Shown here piece after piece: positions 27,680 to 36,700 of a stretch of 64,000 nt of DNA. Below the pieces are notes generated by a model. It saw only the letters and a program-made list of their open reading frames with translations, was not told the origin of the DNA and searched no databases. Made by a program: the position numbers and the translations under genes. The stretch lies in contig CAWCSP010000004.1 of assembly GCA_963798215.1 (NCBI GenBank), positions 134,751 to 198,750 of the forward strand, written 5' to 3'. This DNA comes from an uncultured Acidobacteriota bacterium (lineage in GTDB: Bacteria > Acidobacteriota > Thermoanaerobaculia > UBA5066). Numbering within the stretch: the stretch's first letter is position 1; each line of letters begins with the position of its first letter.

Positions 27680-30198
27680 TCGAGGGCCTGCCTTTCCTCG
27701 GCGACCATCTTCTCGAACGGCTCCTTCTTGACGGCCTTCTCCATCGCGAGCTCCGGGTCCACCTTCCCCTCCTCGCAGAGCTTCAGGAGGGACTGGTCCA
27801 TCGTGCACATCCCGGCGAGCTGGCCGGTCTGGAGCGCGGACGGGATCTGGTGCGTCTTGCCCTCGCGGATCAGCGCCGCGACCGCGGCCGTCGTCCGGAG
27901 GATCTCGAACGCGGCGATGCGCCCTTCGAAGCCGCGCCGCGGGAGGAGCGCCTGCGAGATGACGGCCTTCAGGGAGTCCGCGAGCATGACGCGGATCTGT
28001 CCCTGCTGGCCGGGCGGGAACGAGCTGATGACGCGGTCGACGGTCGCGGGCGCGTTCGTCGTGTGGAGCGTCCCGAGGACGAGGTGGCCCGTCTCGGACG
28101 CCGTGATCGCGAGGGAGATCGTCTCGAGGTCGCGCATCTCGCCCACGAGGATGACGTCGGGGTCCTCGCGCAGCGCGGCCTTGAGGGCGCGCGCGAAGGA
28201 GGCCGTGTGGTGCGGCACCTGCCGCTGGTTCACGAGCGCCTCCTTGTTCGCGTGGACGAACTCGACCGGGTCCTCGACCGTGATGATGTGGCAGGGCCGC
28301 GTCTCGTTGATCCGGTCGATGAGCGCCGCGAGCGTCGTGGACTTGCCGCAGCCCGACGGCCCCGTCACGAGGACGAGCCCCTGGGTGAGCTTCATGATGT
28401 CCGCGACGGTCGCGGGCGGGAGGCCGATCTCCTCGATCGTCGGGACCGTCCTCGGGACGACGCGGAAGCACGCGTCGAACCCCCCGCGCTGCGAGAAGAA
28501 GTTCGCGCGGAACCGGCCGAGGCCGGGGAGCTTCAGGCAGACGTCGATCTGGCGCTCCCGCTCGAGGCGCTTCCAGTCGTCCTCCGGGAGGACTTCCCGG
28601 ATGAGCTGCGAGGCGCGGGCGCGCGTCATGACGGGGGCGTCCACGGGCTCGAGCGCGCCCTGCTGCCGCCGGTGCGGGACGAACCCGGTCGCGAGGTGGA
28701 GGTCCGAGGCGCCCCTCTTGACCGTGTCCGCGAGGTACTCGACGAGCCGGGCCGAGTCGTTCCCCGCGAGGTCGACCGTCTGGACCTCGGCCTCGACCTC
28801 GGGCAGCGCGTCGCGCGCCTCGGTCCCCTTGAGGACGCCGACGAGCCGGCGGGCCTTCTCGCGCACCTTGCCGTCGAGAGCGGGCATCTGGGACACGCGC
28901 GAGCAGATCCCCGCGATCTGGGTCTGCATCTTCTCGTCGGTCGCGAGCTTCGCCATCGCGTCGAGGATCTCCATCTGGACGTCCGGCTGCGTGACGGCGG
29001 CCTTGAACGCGTCGAGGAGCGGCTGCGCGGCCCGGGGGTCGCCGAGGTCGCCGAGCGCGGACGCGGCCGGGATCGCGAGCTCCGGGTCGCGGATGGCCGA
29101 AAGGAGGCGCGCGAGGACGGCGTCGTCGCCCTTGCCGAGGCGGCCGAGCGTCTCGACCGCGCGCGTCCTCACCCAGATGTCCTTGTCGTCGACGAGGGAG
29201 ATCCAGATCGGAAGCGCCTTGGCGTCGGCGAGGGCGAGCGTCATTTCGGAAGCCGCTTTGGCGAGTGCGGGATCGGCGTCGCGCGTGAGCTTCAGGAGCG
29301 CGTTCACGAAGCCGGGGAGGCCGTCCCGGGCGGTCTCGACGGCGCGGTCGCGCACCCAGACGAACGAGCCGCGGAAGTGCTCGAGGATCCGCCGGGCGAG
29401 GAGGTCAGGCGCGTAGGGCAGGAGGAGGCCGACCGTGCCGGTCCTCACCAGCGCGTTCCCGTCCGCGAGGAGCGGGACGATCTCGGACGTGTGGTCCTGC
29501 TTGGCCGAGAGGAGGAGCTTCTTGAGCGCCGCGAAAGACGCCTCCATGACGCGCCCGCCGGCGGTCCGGGCCATCTGGAGGACGTCGGGGAAGTAGCTCT
29601 CGTTCGGGTTCTTCTCGAGGACCGCGAGGGCCGAGAACCGGATCTCCTCGTTCTCGTCCTGCAGGAGCGGAACCGCGAGGCTCGCCGCGACGTCCGCGCT
29701 CCCCTCGAAGGACATCTCGCTGACGGCCTTCAGGGCCCGGGCGCGCACCGCCGGGTTCGAGGCGGTCAGGACGCGCCGCGCGATGTCGAACGCCGTCTGC
29801 GCCGGCAGCTCGCGCGCGAGCTCGAGGGCCGCGAGGCGGGCGAAGTCGTCTCCGCGCGACGCGATCTCCTGGAGGAACGGCGGGAGCTGGGGGCCCGCGA
29901 GGTCCTTCAGGAAACGCATGACGGCCCGCCGCACGGCCTCCGACCGCGTCTTGAGCATCGGCACGAGCGCCTCGAGTCCCGCCCGGTCGTGCCGCCTCTT
30001 GAGGATCGCGAGACCGGCGGCGCGGATCTCGGGGACCTGGTCGACGGCGGTCCACGCGACCCATTCGACGTCCGGCTTCGAGAGCGACTGGAACTTCTCG
30101 AGGAGGCCGTTCCGCTGTTCCTCGCTCGACCATTTGTGCTCGCGGAGCTGCGCGACGAACGCCGGCTCGGATCGAAGAGAGCGCAGCTTCTCTAACAC
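27676..30198 (-). CDS. PilT/PilU-family ATPase with ~470-aa N-terminal HEAT/PBS-lyase-type repeat domain (fusion)
   Basis: 840 aa, GTG start. Residues ~1-470 form repeated alpha-helical HEAT-like units (e.g. DKDIWVRTRAVETLGRLG, DPELAIPAASALGDLGDPRAAQPLLDAFK). The C-terminus carries a full PilT ATPase core (GPSGCGKST, ITVEDPVEF, LVGEMRD, GTLHT). No PilB-type tetracysteine motif. ATGA overlap with pilT. Confidence 0.8.
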   Translation of the reverse strand: MLEKLRSLRSEPAFVAQLREHKWSSEEQRNGLLEKFQSLSKPDVEWVAWTAVDQVPEIRAAGLAILKRRHDRAGLEALVPMLKTRSEAVRRAVMRFLKDLAGPQLPPFLQEIASRGDDFARLAALELARELPAQTAFDIARRVLTASNPAVRARALKAVSEMSFEGSADVAASLAVPLLQDENEEIRFSALAVLEKNPNESYFPDVLQMARTAGGRVMEASFAALKKLLLSAKQDHTSEIVPLLADGNALVRTGTVGLLLPYAPDLLARRILEHFRGSFVWVRDRAVETARDGLPGFVNALLKLTRDADPALAKAASEMTLALADAKALPIWISLVDDKDIWVRTRAVETLGRLGKGDDAVLARLLSAIRDPELAIPAASALGDLGDPRAAQPLLDAFKAAVTQPDVQMEILDAMAKLATDEKMQTQIAGICSRVSQMPALDGKVREKARRLVGVLKGTEARDALPEVEAEVQTVDLAGNDSARLVEYLADTVKRGASDLHLATGFVPHRRQQGALEPVDAPVMTRARASQLIREVLPEDDWKRLERERQIDVCLKLPGLGRFRANFFSQRGGFDACFRVVPRTVPTIEEIGLPPATVADIMKLTQGLVLVTGPSGCGKSTTLAALIDRINETRPCHIITVEDPVEFVHANKEALVNQRQVPHHTASFARALKAALREDPDVILVGEMRDLETISLAITASETGHLVLGTLHTTNAPATVDRVISSFPPGQQGQIRVMLADSLKAVISQALLPRRGFEGRIAAFEILRTTAAVAALIREGKTHQIPSALQTGQLAGMCTMDQSLLKLCEEGKVDPELAMEKAVKKEPFEKMVAEERQALE

Positions 30199-30385
30199 GT
30201 CGTCCCGCTCTCCATGCTCCCGCTATCGTAGCCGACGCCCGCCGCCCGCCGGCGGGCGGCACCGGCGGGCGTTCCCTTGTGTAACGAAAAGTGTCAGCTG
30301 GCCGAGGCTCCGCCGCCGGGCCTGGCGCGGGCCTCCCGGAACAGACCTTTGTGAGACAATGAGTTGCGATCCGAAGTCCGGCTCC

Positions 30386-30399
30386 GGCACGAACCTCGC
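30386..30399 (+). promoter_or_regulatory. Weak candidate sigma-54 promoter upstream of the minor-pilin operon
   Basis: cGGCACGaaccTCGCg has GG/GC at the canonical spacing, but the -12 element is TCGC rather than TTGC, and it is very close to the start codon. Confidence 0.2.
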
Positions 30400-30419
30400 G
30401 TAGAAGGGAGCGGGAATCC

Positions 30420-31211
30420 ATGGCGATGAGCGTCCGAAGGACCTGTTTCCGGCGTGCACACGGACCGTCCGCGCGGGCGGCGGGACGCGGCTTCTCGCTC
30501 GTCGAGCTCCTCGTCGTCATCGCGATCCTCGGGATCCTCGCGATCGTCGGCGGCCGGTCGATCCTCAGGGCGTGGCAGCGCCAGGAGCTCTCGAGCGCGG
30601 CGATGGACGTCAAGGTCCTCTTCCAGCGAGCGCTTCCCGAGATGCAGCGCCGCGGCATCACGACCTTCGTCCAGGTCGGCCCGCTCGTGAACAACGCCTC
30701 CGTCCGCTACATCCCGATCTACCTGATCGGAGACGCGAACGGGGACGGCCAGGTCACGGCCGGCTTCGCGAACCCGGCGCCGGTTGGCGGCGACCTCCTG
30801 ATCGACGAGTACGACGTCATCGTGCTCGGCAAGACCGGCGTGAAGGGCGTGACGGGCGCGTCCCAGAACTTCTGCCTCTCCGTCGACGACATCACGCAGG
30901 TCCAGTCCAGCCGCTGGCTGACGGCCTCCGTCGCCTGCTCCTCGCCCCTGGTTCCACCGTTCTGCGACTCGAACGACTGGACGGTTGGGCGGGCGCTCCA
31001 GTGCGACTTCCAGGGGCGCGCGATCGACACCGGCACCGGCCTCCAGCTCGCCGGGCCGGCGGAGCTCGTCCTGACGCACGTGGGCGTCGTGAGCGGGGCC
31101 TTCCAGCCGCCGACGCGGTACGTCCTCAGCATCAACCCGGTCTGGAGCGTCAGGATCCAGAAACAGGTCAAGGACGTCTCGAACACCTGGGTGGACCAGC
31201 TCGGTGGGTGA
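30420..31211 (+). CDS. Minor pilin / pseudopilin (FimT/GspH-like), prepilin-type N-terminal domain
   Basis: ...AAGRG|FSLVELLVVIAILGILAIVG class III signal with Glu+5. 263 aa. Confidence 0.7.
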   Translation: MAMSVRRTCFRRAHGPSARAAGRGFSLVELLVVIAILGILAIVGGRSILRAWQRQELSSAAMDVKVLFQRALPEMQRRGITTFVQVGPLVNNASVRYIPIYLIGDANGDGQVTAGFANPAPVGGDLLIDEYDVIVLGKTGVKGVTGASQNFCLSVDDITQVQSSRWLTASVACSSPLVPPFCDSNDWTVGRALQCDFQGRAIDTGTGLQLAGPAELVLTHVGVVSGAFQPPTRYVLSINPVWSVRIQKQVKDVSNTWVDQLGG

Positions 31212-31215
31212 CACG

Positions 31216-31764
31216 ATGAGACGGCGCACGCGCGGCTCGAGCTTCGTCGAGGTCCTCCTCGCGATGACGATCATGGCGCTCGTCCTCGTCGGGATCCTCC
31301 AGATGTTCTCGGTGTCCCTCGTGATCAACAAGGGATCGGCCGCGCGCACGCAGATGCTCTTCAAGTGCCAGCAGGTCGTCGAGAACATCCGGTACTTCTA
31401 CTTCCTGCAGCGCAGCAGCATTCCGACGCCGGCGATCCTGACGGACACCGGCCACCTGGCGTCCGGCCCGATGGCGGTCCCCGGCACGCTTCCGGTCCCG
31501 CTGAAATGGGACGTGGACCAGACTTTCCTGCCGTACGTGGCCACGGACGCGACCTGGGCCTACTGGGGACCGACGGGGGCCAACGTCGTCGAGCAGGAGA
31601 ACGCCCCGTACAAGCTCTCGTACACGATGCAGCAGGACCTCGTCCAGAACGTCTGGGTGGTCACGGTCTCCGCGATCCCGACGGACGTCGCGACGGCGAC
31701 GCGCTACTTCGGCATCGGCCTCCAGAGCGGCAAGAGGGTGGACTATGTGGCGCAGTTCCAGTAG
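31216..31764 (+). CDS. Minor pilin (PilV/GspI-like)
   Basis: MRRRTRGSS|FVEVLLAMTIMALVLVGILQMF prepilin-like N-terminus. Start placed at the ATG just after the upstream stop. Confidence 0.6.
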   Translation: MRRRTRGSSFVEVLLAMTIMALVLVGILQMFSVSLVINKGSAARTQMLFKCQQVVENIRYFYFLQRSSIPTPAILTDTGHLASGPMAVPGTLPVPLKWDVDQTFLPYVATDATWAYWGPTGANVVEQENAPYKLSYTMQQDLVQNVWVVTVSAIPTDVATATRYFGIGLQSGKRVDYVAQFQ

Positions 31765-33055
31765 GCGCCGCGCGCGCCCGCGGGGATTCACGCTCCTCGA
31801 GGCGATGGTGTCGCTGCTGCTCCTCGTGATCGTCCTGACCGTCGCGATGTCGATGCTCTTCCAGATGCGCGCCTTCGCCGAGCGGCAGCAGTTCTACATG
31901 CTCCCGCGCCAGACGGCGCGCCGGGCCACGGACTACCTCTCGTACTACATCGCCTCGGCGACGGACCTGAACGAGTGGACGACCCCGCGCACGAGCCCGA
32001 ACGCGCTCGTCATGTACTACAACGTCGGCGCGCCCGGCGTCCCGGTCCAGGCCTCGTACGACAACCTCGACGGGACCGAGGCGGGCAACGCCGTCACGGT
32101 GCCGAACGTCTCGACGAAGTTCGGAGACCTCGGGACGGACGTCATCACGCTGTTCGCGCCGACGAACCCGGCGAAGTACCTCGCGGCGCCGACGTTCGGG
32201 GGCCTCGGCTCGAACATCGACTTCTATTTCAATTTCCGCCAGGGCTGCGCGACGAACGACACCGATAACCTCGCCGCGTTCAAGACGGCGACGGGCTTCG
32301 ACGGCACGCAGAGCGCGCTCCTCATGCTCTCGGACATCAAGGGGGACTGGATCTACTTCCAGATCCCGGCCTCGGGCTACAAGGCGGACGGCCTCTGCTC
32401 GGACGTGACGACGTACAAGAACATCCACGTGGTCGCCGACACGCAGTCGGCCGCGCTCCCGGCGCCGCCGAACGGAACGACCGGCCTCGTCGATCCGGTC
32501 TCCCTCGTCACGGGCGTCCAGGTCATCTCGTTCCGCGTCCTGACGGATCCCACGGACAACGTCCCGAAGCTCCAGCAGAAGCTGGGCCTCTTCGACCCCG
32601 CCACGGACAACCCGGGGACCGCCTTCGTCAACGTGATGGAGAACGTCGAGGACCTGCAGATCACATACGTGTACGCCCTCGAGCCCGTCCTGGGCGCCGG
32701 GACGTTCTGGAACACCGCGACCAACGACCTCCGCACGACCGGCGCGGCGACGGGCGTGCCGCCGCAGGCCGGGCCCACGGCCGCGCCCGGCGGGACGGAC
32801 ATCACGAACGTGATCGGGATCCGCTTCTCGGTCACCGCCCGCTCGCCGCGGCTCGGCCTCGGGGCCCAGGGCCTGACGGACGTGCGCAGCACGGAAAACC
32901 TCGCGACGACGACGAGCCAGCACTTCCGGCCGGCCTCGGAGAACCACCCGGTCTCGATGAACCCGATCTCCCCGGCGCAGCCGGCGTACGACCTCTTCGA
33001 CCACTACCGCGCGACGGCCATGCTCATGCTGCGCAACCGGACGCTGGGGAGCTGA
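31745..33055 (+). CDS. pilW: Type IV pilus assembly protein PilW-like minor pilin
   Basis: ...[32 protein letters not shown]. 436 aa, a size typical for PilW. Overlaps the upstream gene. Confidence 0.7.
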   Translation: MWRSSSRRRARPRGFTLLEAMVSLLLLVIVLTVAMSMLFQMRAFAERQQFYMLPRQTARRATDYLSYYIASATDLNEWTTPRTSPNALVMYYNVGAPGVPVQASYDNLDGTEAGNAVTVPNVSTKFGDLGTDVITLFAPTNPAKYLAAPTFGGLGSNIDFYFNFRQGCATNDTDNLAAFKTATGFDGTQSALLMLSDIKGDWIYFQIPASGYKADGLCSDVTTYKNIHVVADTQSAALPAPPNGTTGLVDPVSLVTGVQVISFRVLTDPTDNVPKLQQKLGLFDPATDNPGTAFVNVMENVEDLQITYVYALEPVLGAGTFWNTATNDLRTTGAATGVPPQAGPTAAPGGTDITNVIGIRFSVTARSPRLGLGAQGLTDVRSTENLATTTSQHFRPASENHPVSMNPISPAQPAYDLFDHYRATAMLMLRNRTLGS

Positions 33056-33057
33056 CG

Positions 33058-33723
33058 ATGAACGAACGCGGCAGCGCCCTCGTCTCGGTCATCCTCGTCC
33101 TCCTCGTCCTCACGATCGTGGGCGTCGGGATCGCGTACTTCACGTCGATGGAGGACCGCCTCTCGGGCAACACCCGCATCGCGAAGGCGGCCTTCTACGC
33201 CGCGGACGCGGGCCTCCGCCGGGCCGAGCTCGCCCTGAGCGACACGGCGGGGCTCAAGAGCGCGTGCACGCCGATCACGCTCACGCAGATTCTCAGCACG
33301 GGCGCGACCCCGACGCTGAGCGTGCCGGGCGGCGGCAACCCCGCGATCCCGCTCGACCTCACGGGAGCGGCGTTCACGCAGGCGGACTGTCTTCCGGCCA
33401 CGGACCAGATCAACTACCTCGGCATTCCGGTCCCGGTGGTCGCCGCGACGCCGGTCGTCGACCGTGCGACGTACTCGATCTACGTGCGGAACAACATCGA
33501 CGACGCGTCCGGCTCGGCGACGCTCGACAGCGACAGCATGATCAACATCGTGTCGGTCGGAACGATCCAGCTCGTGGCCGGCACCTCGGTCACGCGCATC
33601 CTCGAGGAGCAGCTGCTCCTGTCGCCGGGCGGCTCGTTCGGCGGCACGCAGAAGGGCCTCGAGGCGGGGGGCACCAACGCCGTGCAGAGCGGACAGAGGG
33701 GCCTGAACGCGGGGAACCCATGA
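33058..33723 (+). CDS. pilX: PilX-like minor pilin (PilX N-terminal domain)
   Basis: [38 protein letters not shown] matches the PilX_N consensus (MxxxRGxALVxxLLxLxVLTxxG). Confidence 0.7.
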   Translation: MNERGSALVSVILVLLVLTIVGVGIAYFTSMEDRLSGNTRIAKAAFYAADAGLRRAELALSDTAGLKSACTPITLTQILSTGATPTLSVPGGGNPAIPLDLTGAAFTQADCLPATDQINYLGIPVPVVAATPVVDRATYSIYVRNNIDDASGSATLDSDSMINIVSVGTIQLVAGTSVTRILEEQLLLSPGGSFGGTQKGLEAGGTNAVQSGQRGLNAGNP

Positions 33724-36700
33724 CGACGAAGCGGCTTCCCTTCCGCATTCCCGGGTGGCTCCGGCGCGCCTGCGCCGTCTTCCTGCTCGGCGTGATGGCC
33801 TTCGGCGGCGCCGGGTCCGCGCGGGCGGCCGCGACCGAAGGGTACGACCCTCTCCGGCAGATCACGGCCCAGGTCCTCCGCGCGAACCTCCTGATCCTGC
33901 AGGACCTCAGCGGGTCGATGAAGTGGGATCTCTACCAGGACCAGCTTCTCGAGGCAGAAGACTCGACCGGCCGCCTCGTCTGGATGAGCACGTGCGTCGG
34001 GCCCAACCCGGGGCCGACGCCGACGCCGACGGCGACGCCGACGCCGACGGTGACCCCGACGGTGACGCCGACGGCCACGAACACGGCGACGGCCACGCCG
34101 ACGGCCACGAGCACGTTCACGGTGACGCCGACGGCCACGACCACGAACACGCCGACCCAGACGTACACGGTGACGCCGACCACGACGCCGACGCCCACGG
34201 ACACGGCCACGGTGACGCCGACGGCGACGCCGACGGCGACGTTCACGGCCACGCCGACCGTCACGAACACGCCGACGAATACGCCGACGACGACGGCGAC
34301 CCCCACGCCCACGGACACGAAGACGATCACGCCGACGCCGACGCCGACGGTCACGCCGACGGTCACGCCGACGGTCACGATCACGCCGACGGTGACGAAC
34401 ACGCCGACGGTCACGAAGACCTTCACGCCGACGATCACGCCGACGATCACGCCCACGCCGACGGTCACGCCCACGGTCACGATCACGCCGACGAAGACGC
34501 CGACGGTCACGCCGACGAAGACGCCGACGGTGACGAAGACGCCGACGAAGACGCCCACGCGGACGCCCACGATCCCGCCGACGAGCACCTACACGGCCAC
34601 GGTGACGCCGACGGCGACGAAGACGCCGACGATCACGCCGACGGTGACGCCGACGAGTGACGCCGACGATCACGCCGACGGCGACGATCACGCCGACGAT
34701 CACGCCGACGGCGACGCCGACGATCACGCCGACGCGGACGCCGACGTCGACGAACACGCCGACGGTCACGCCGACGTTCACGCCGACGATCACGCCGACG
34801 AGGACGCCGACGGTGACGCCCACGGTGACGCCGACGATCACGCCGACGCCGACGATCACGCCGACGGCGACGCCGACGCCGACGAAGACGTTCACGCCGA
34901 CGATCACGCCGACGGCGACGGTGACGCCGACGGTGACGCCGACGGCGACGAGGACGTTCACGCCGACGTTCACGGCGACGAAGACGTTCACGCCGACGAC
35001 GACTCCGACGATCACGCCGACGATCACGAACACGGCGACGCCTTCCCCGACGGTGACGCCGACGGCCACGAAGACGTCGACGCCGACCGTGCCGTCGCCG
35101 ACGCCGACGGCGACCGTGACACCTACCAAGACGCCCACCGCAACCGTGACGCCGACGGAGAAGGTCGATCTGGAGCTGCCGCGGAACCCGCTCGTCAGGC
35201 CCGGCGGAGCGCTCGAGGAGCGCTGGGCATCCGCCCAGCCGCTCGCGACGCCGGCGCCGAAGTGGGGCCTCCCGCAGCCGGTCGCCGTCGTCGCGATGGG
35301 CGGCGGGGCGGCCGCCCAGTTCGGCATCGCCGCGCTGCTCGTGCAGGCGACGCCGACGCCGACGCCGTGGCCGACGGACCCGTCGACCGGCCTTCCGGAC
35401 GCGGGCTGCCACCAGTGGCGCTACACGCTCCACTGGGACCGCCCGTCGCGCCTCGCGACGCTCAAGAACGCCCTCGGCAACTCCGTGACGATCTACAAGA
35501 ACTTCACGGCGCCGGGCGGCGGAGCGCAGGCCGACTGGCCGGACCCGATCGTGCACAGCATCGACTGGACCGGGGCGCCGAACGCCGGGCGCGTGGAACT
35601 ACGCGTCGCCGCCCGCGGCCGCGGGAACGACGTTCGCCTACGACCACGACTGCGACGACCCGGTCAAGGGCCCGGCATGCGGTTCGCTCCCGCAGGTGGG
35701 CCCCGACGAGAAGCCCGGCATCTGGTACGAGGCCGGCTACGTCGCGCGCGTCCTCGTCGGTGGCCCCTCGTGGGACTACCCGAACCACTACGGTTCCCCT
35801 GGGCCGCCCCGGATCTCCGCGGCCACGGACCCGCAGGGCGTCGTCGTCGACTGGCAGTGGACGCTGAACTACGGCTACGGCCCGAACAACGAGGTCATCT
35901 ACGGCCTCGACCCCGGACCGCCCCTGCCTGTCTACGACATGACGACCGACGTGGGCGGCGCGTTTACGGGCTTCGACGGCGGGTCGATCCCCGGAATCAC
36001 GGGCACGCCGCTCGACTTCCCGAGCACATGGTTGACGTTGGGCGGGCTCGCGATCGGCGATCCGCCGGCCACCGGTCCCGGCACCGGCGGCGCCAACCAG
36101 CCCACGTGGAGTACATCCCTGCCGGCGGACGTCGTCGGGATCACGCGGAACCAGGTCAACTGGGGCCTCATGACGTTCCAGGACAAGTCCGCGCTCCCGA
36201 ACCCGCTGGCCTGCACGGACGACGTCTCGAACTACGACGTCAAGGTGCCGATCGTGTCGGACGACTCGGGCGACGTCTCCGCGATCGAGGACTACCTGCG
36301 CCTGAAGTACCAGTCTGGCGGCCCGCATCCGGGCCTGTCCGCGAGCGGCGGCACGCCCACGAAGCGCGCGATCAAGCTCGCGGGCGACAGCATCACGACC
36401 TCGTGGAACGCCGACCCGAAGAAACAGTGCCTCCGGCCGTGGGGCATCATCCTCTGCACGGACGGGCAGTCGAACACGTGCAACACGGGCAGCCCGTCGG
36501 CCGACGACGTATGGGGAGCGAACGGAAACCCGGCCTGCGAGGCCGACATCGCCGGGAGCGACTATCTGAACTACCCGCCGGGGGCCGCGGAGGCCGTCTA
36601 CAACCTGAGGCTGCAGTTCGGCGCGGGTGACATCATCAAGCCGCGCACGTACGCGATCGGGATCGCGCCCGAGGTCGGCCGCTGCGAGCTGGACCGCATC

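Noticed and set aside
34005-35158. Possible CRISPR-like array, because of strict short-period repeats
   Set aside because: Period is 12 nt and codon-phased with no unique spacers. It is a coding low-complexity repeat, not a repeat-spacer array. No cas genes in the window.
34656-35200. Asp/His/Ala-rich reading ([10 protein letters not shown]...) in frame 0 of the 33264-35867 ORF
   Set aside because: It is the +2 read of the same ACGCCGACG repeat that encodes TPTx in the adjacent frame. The TPT frame is contiguous with the upstream PilY1 N-domain and the downstream PilY1 domains, so the D/H reading is an artefact of the frameshift.
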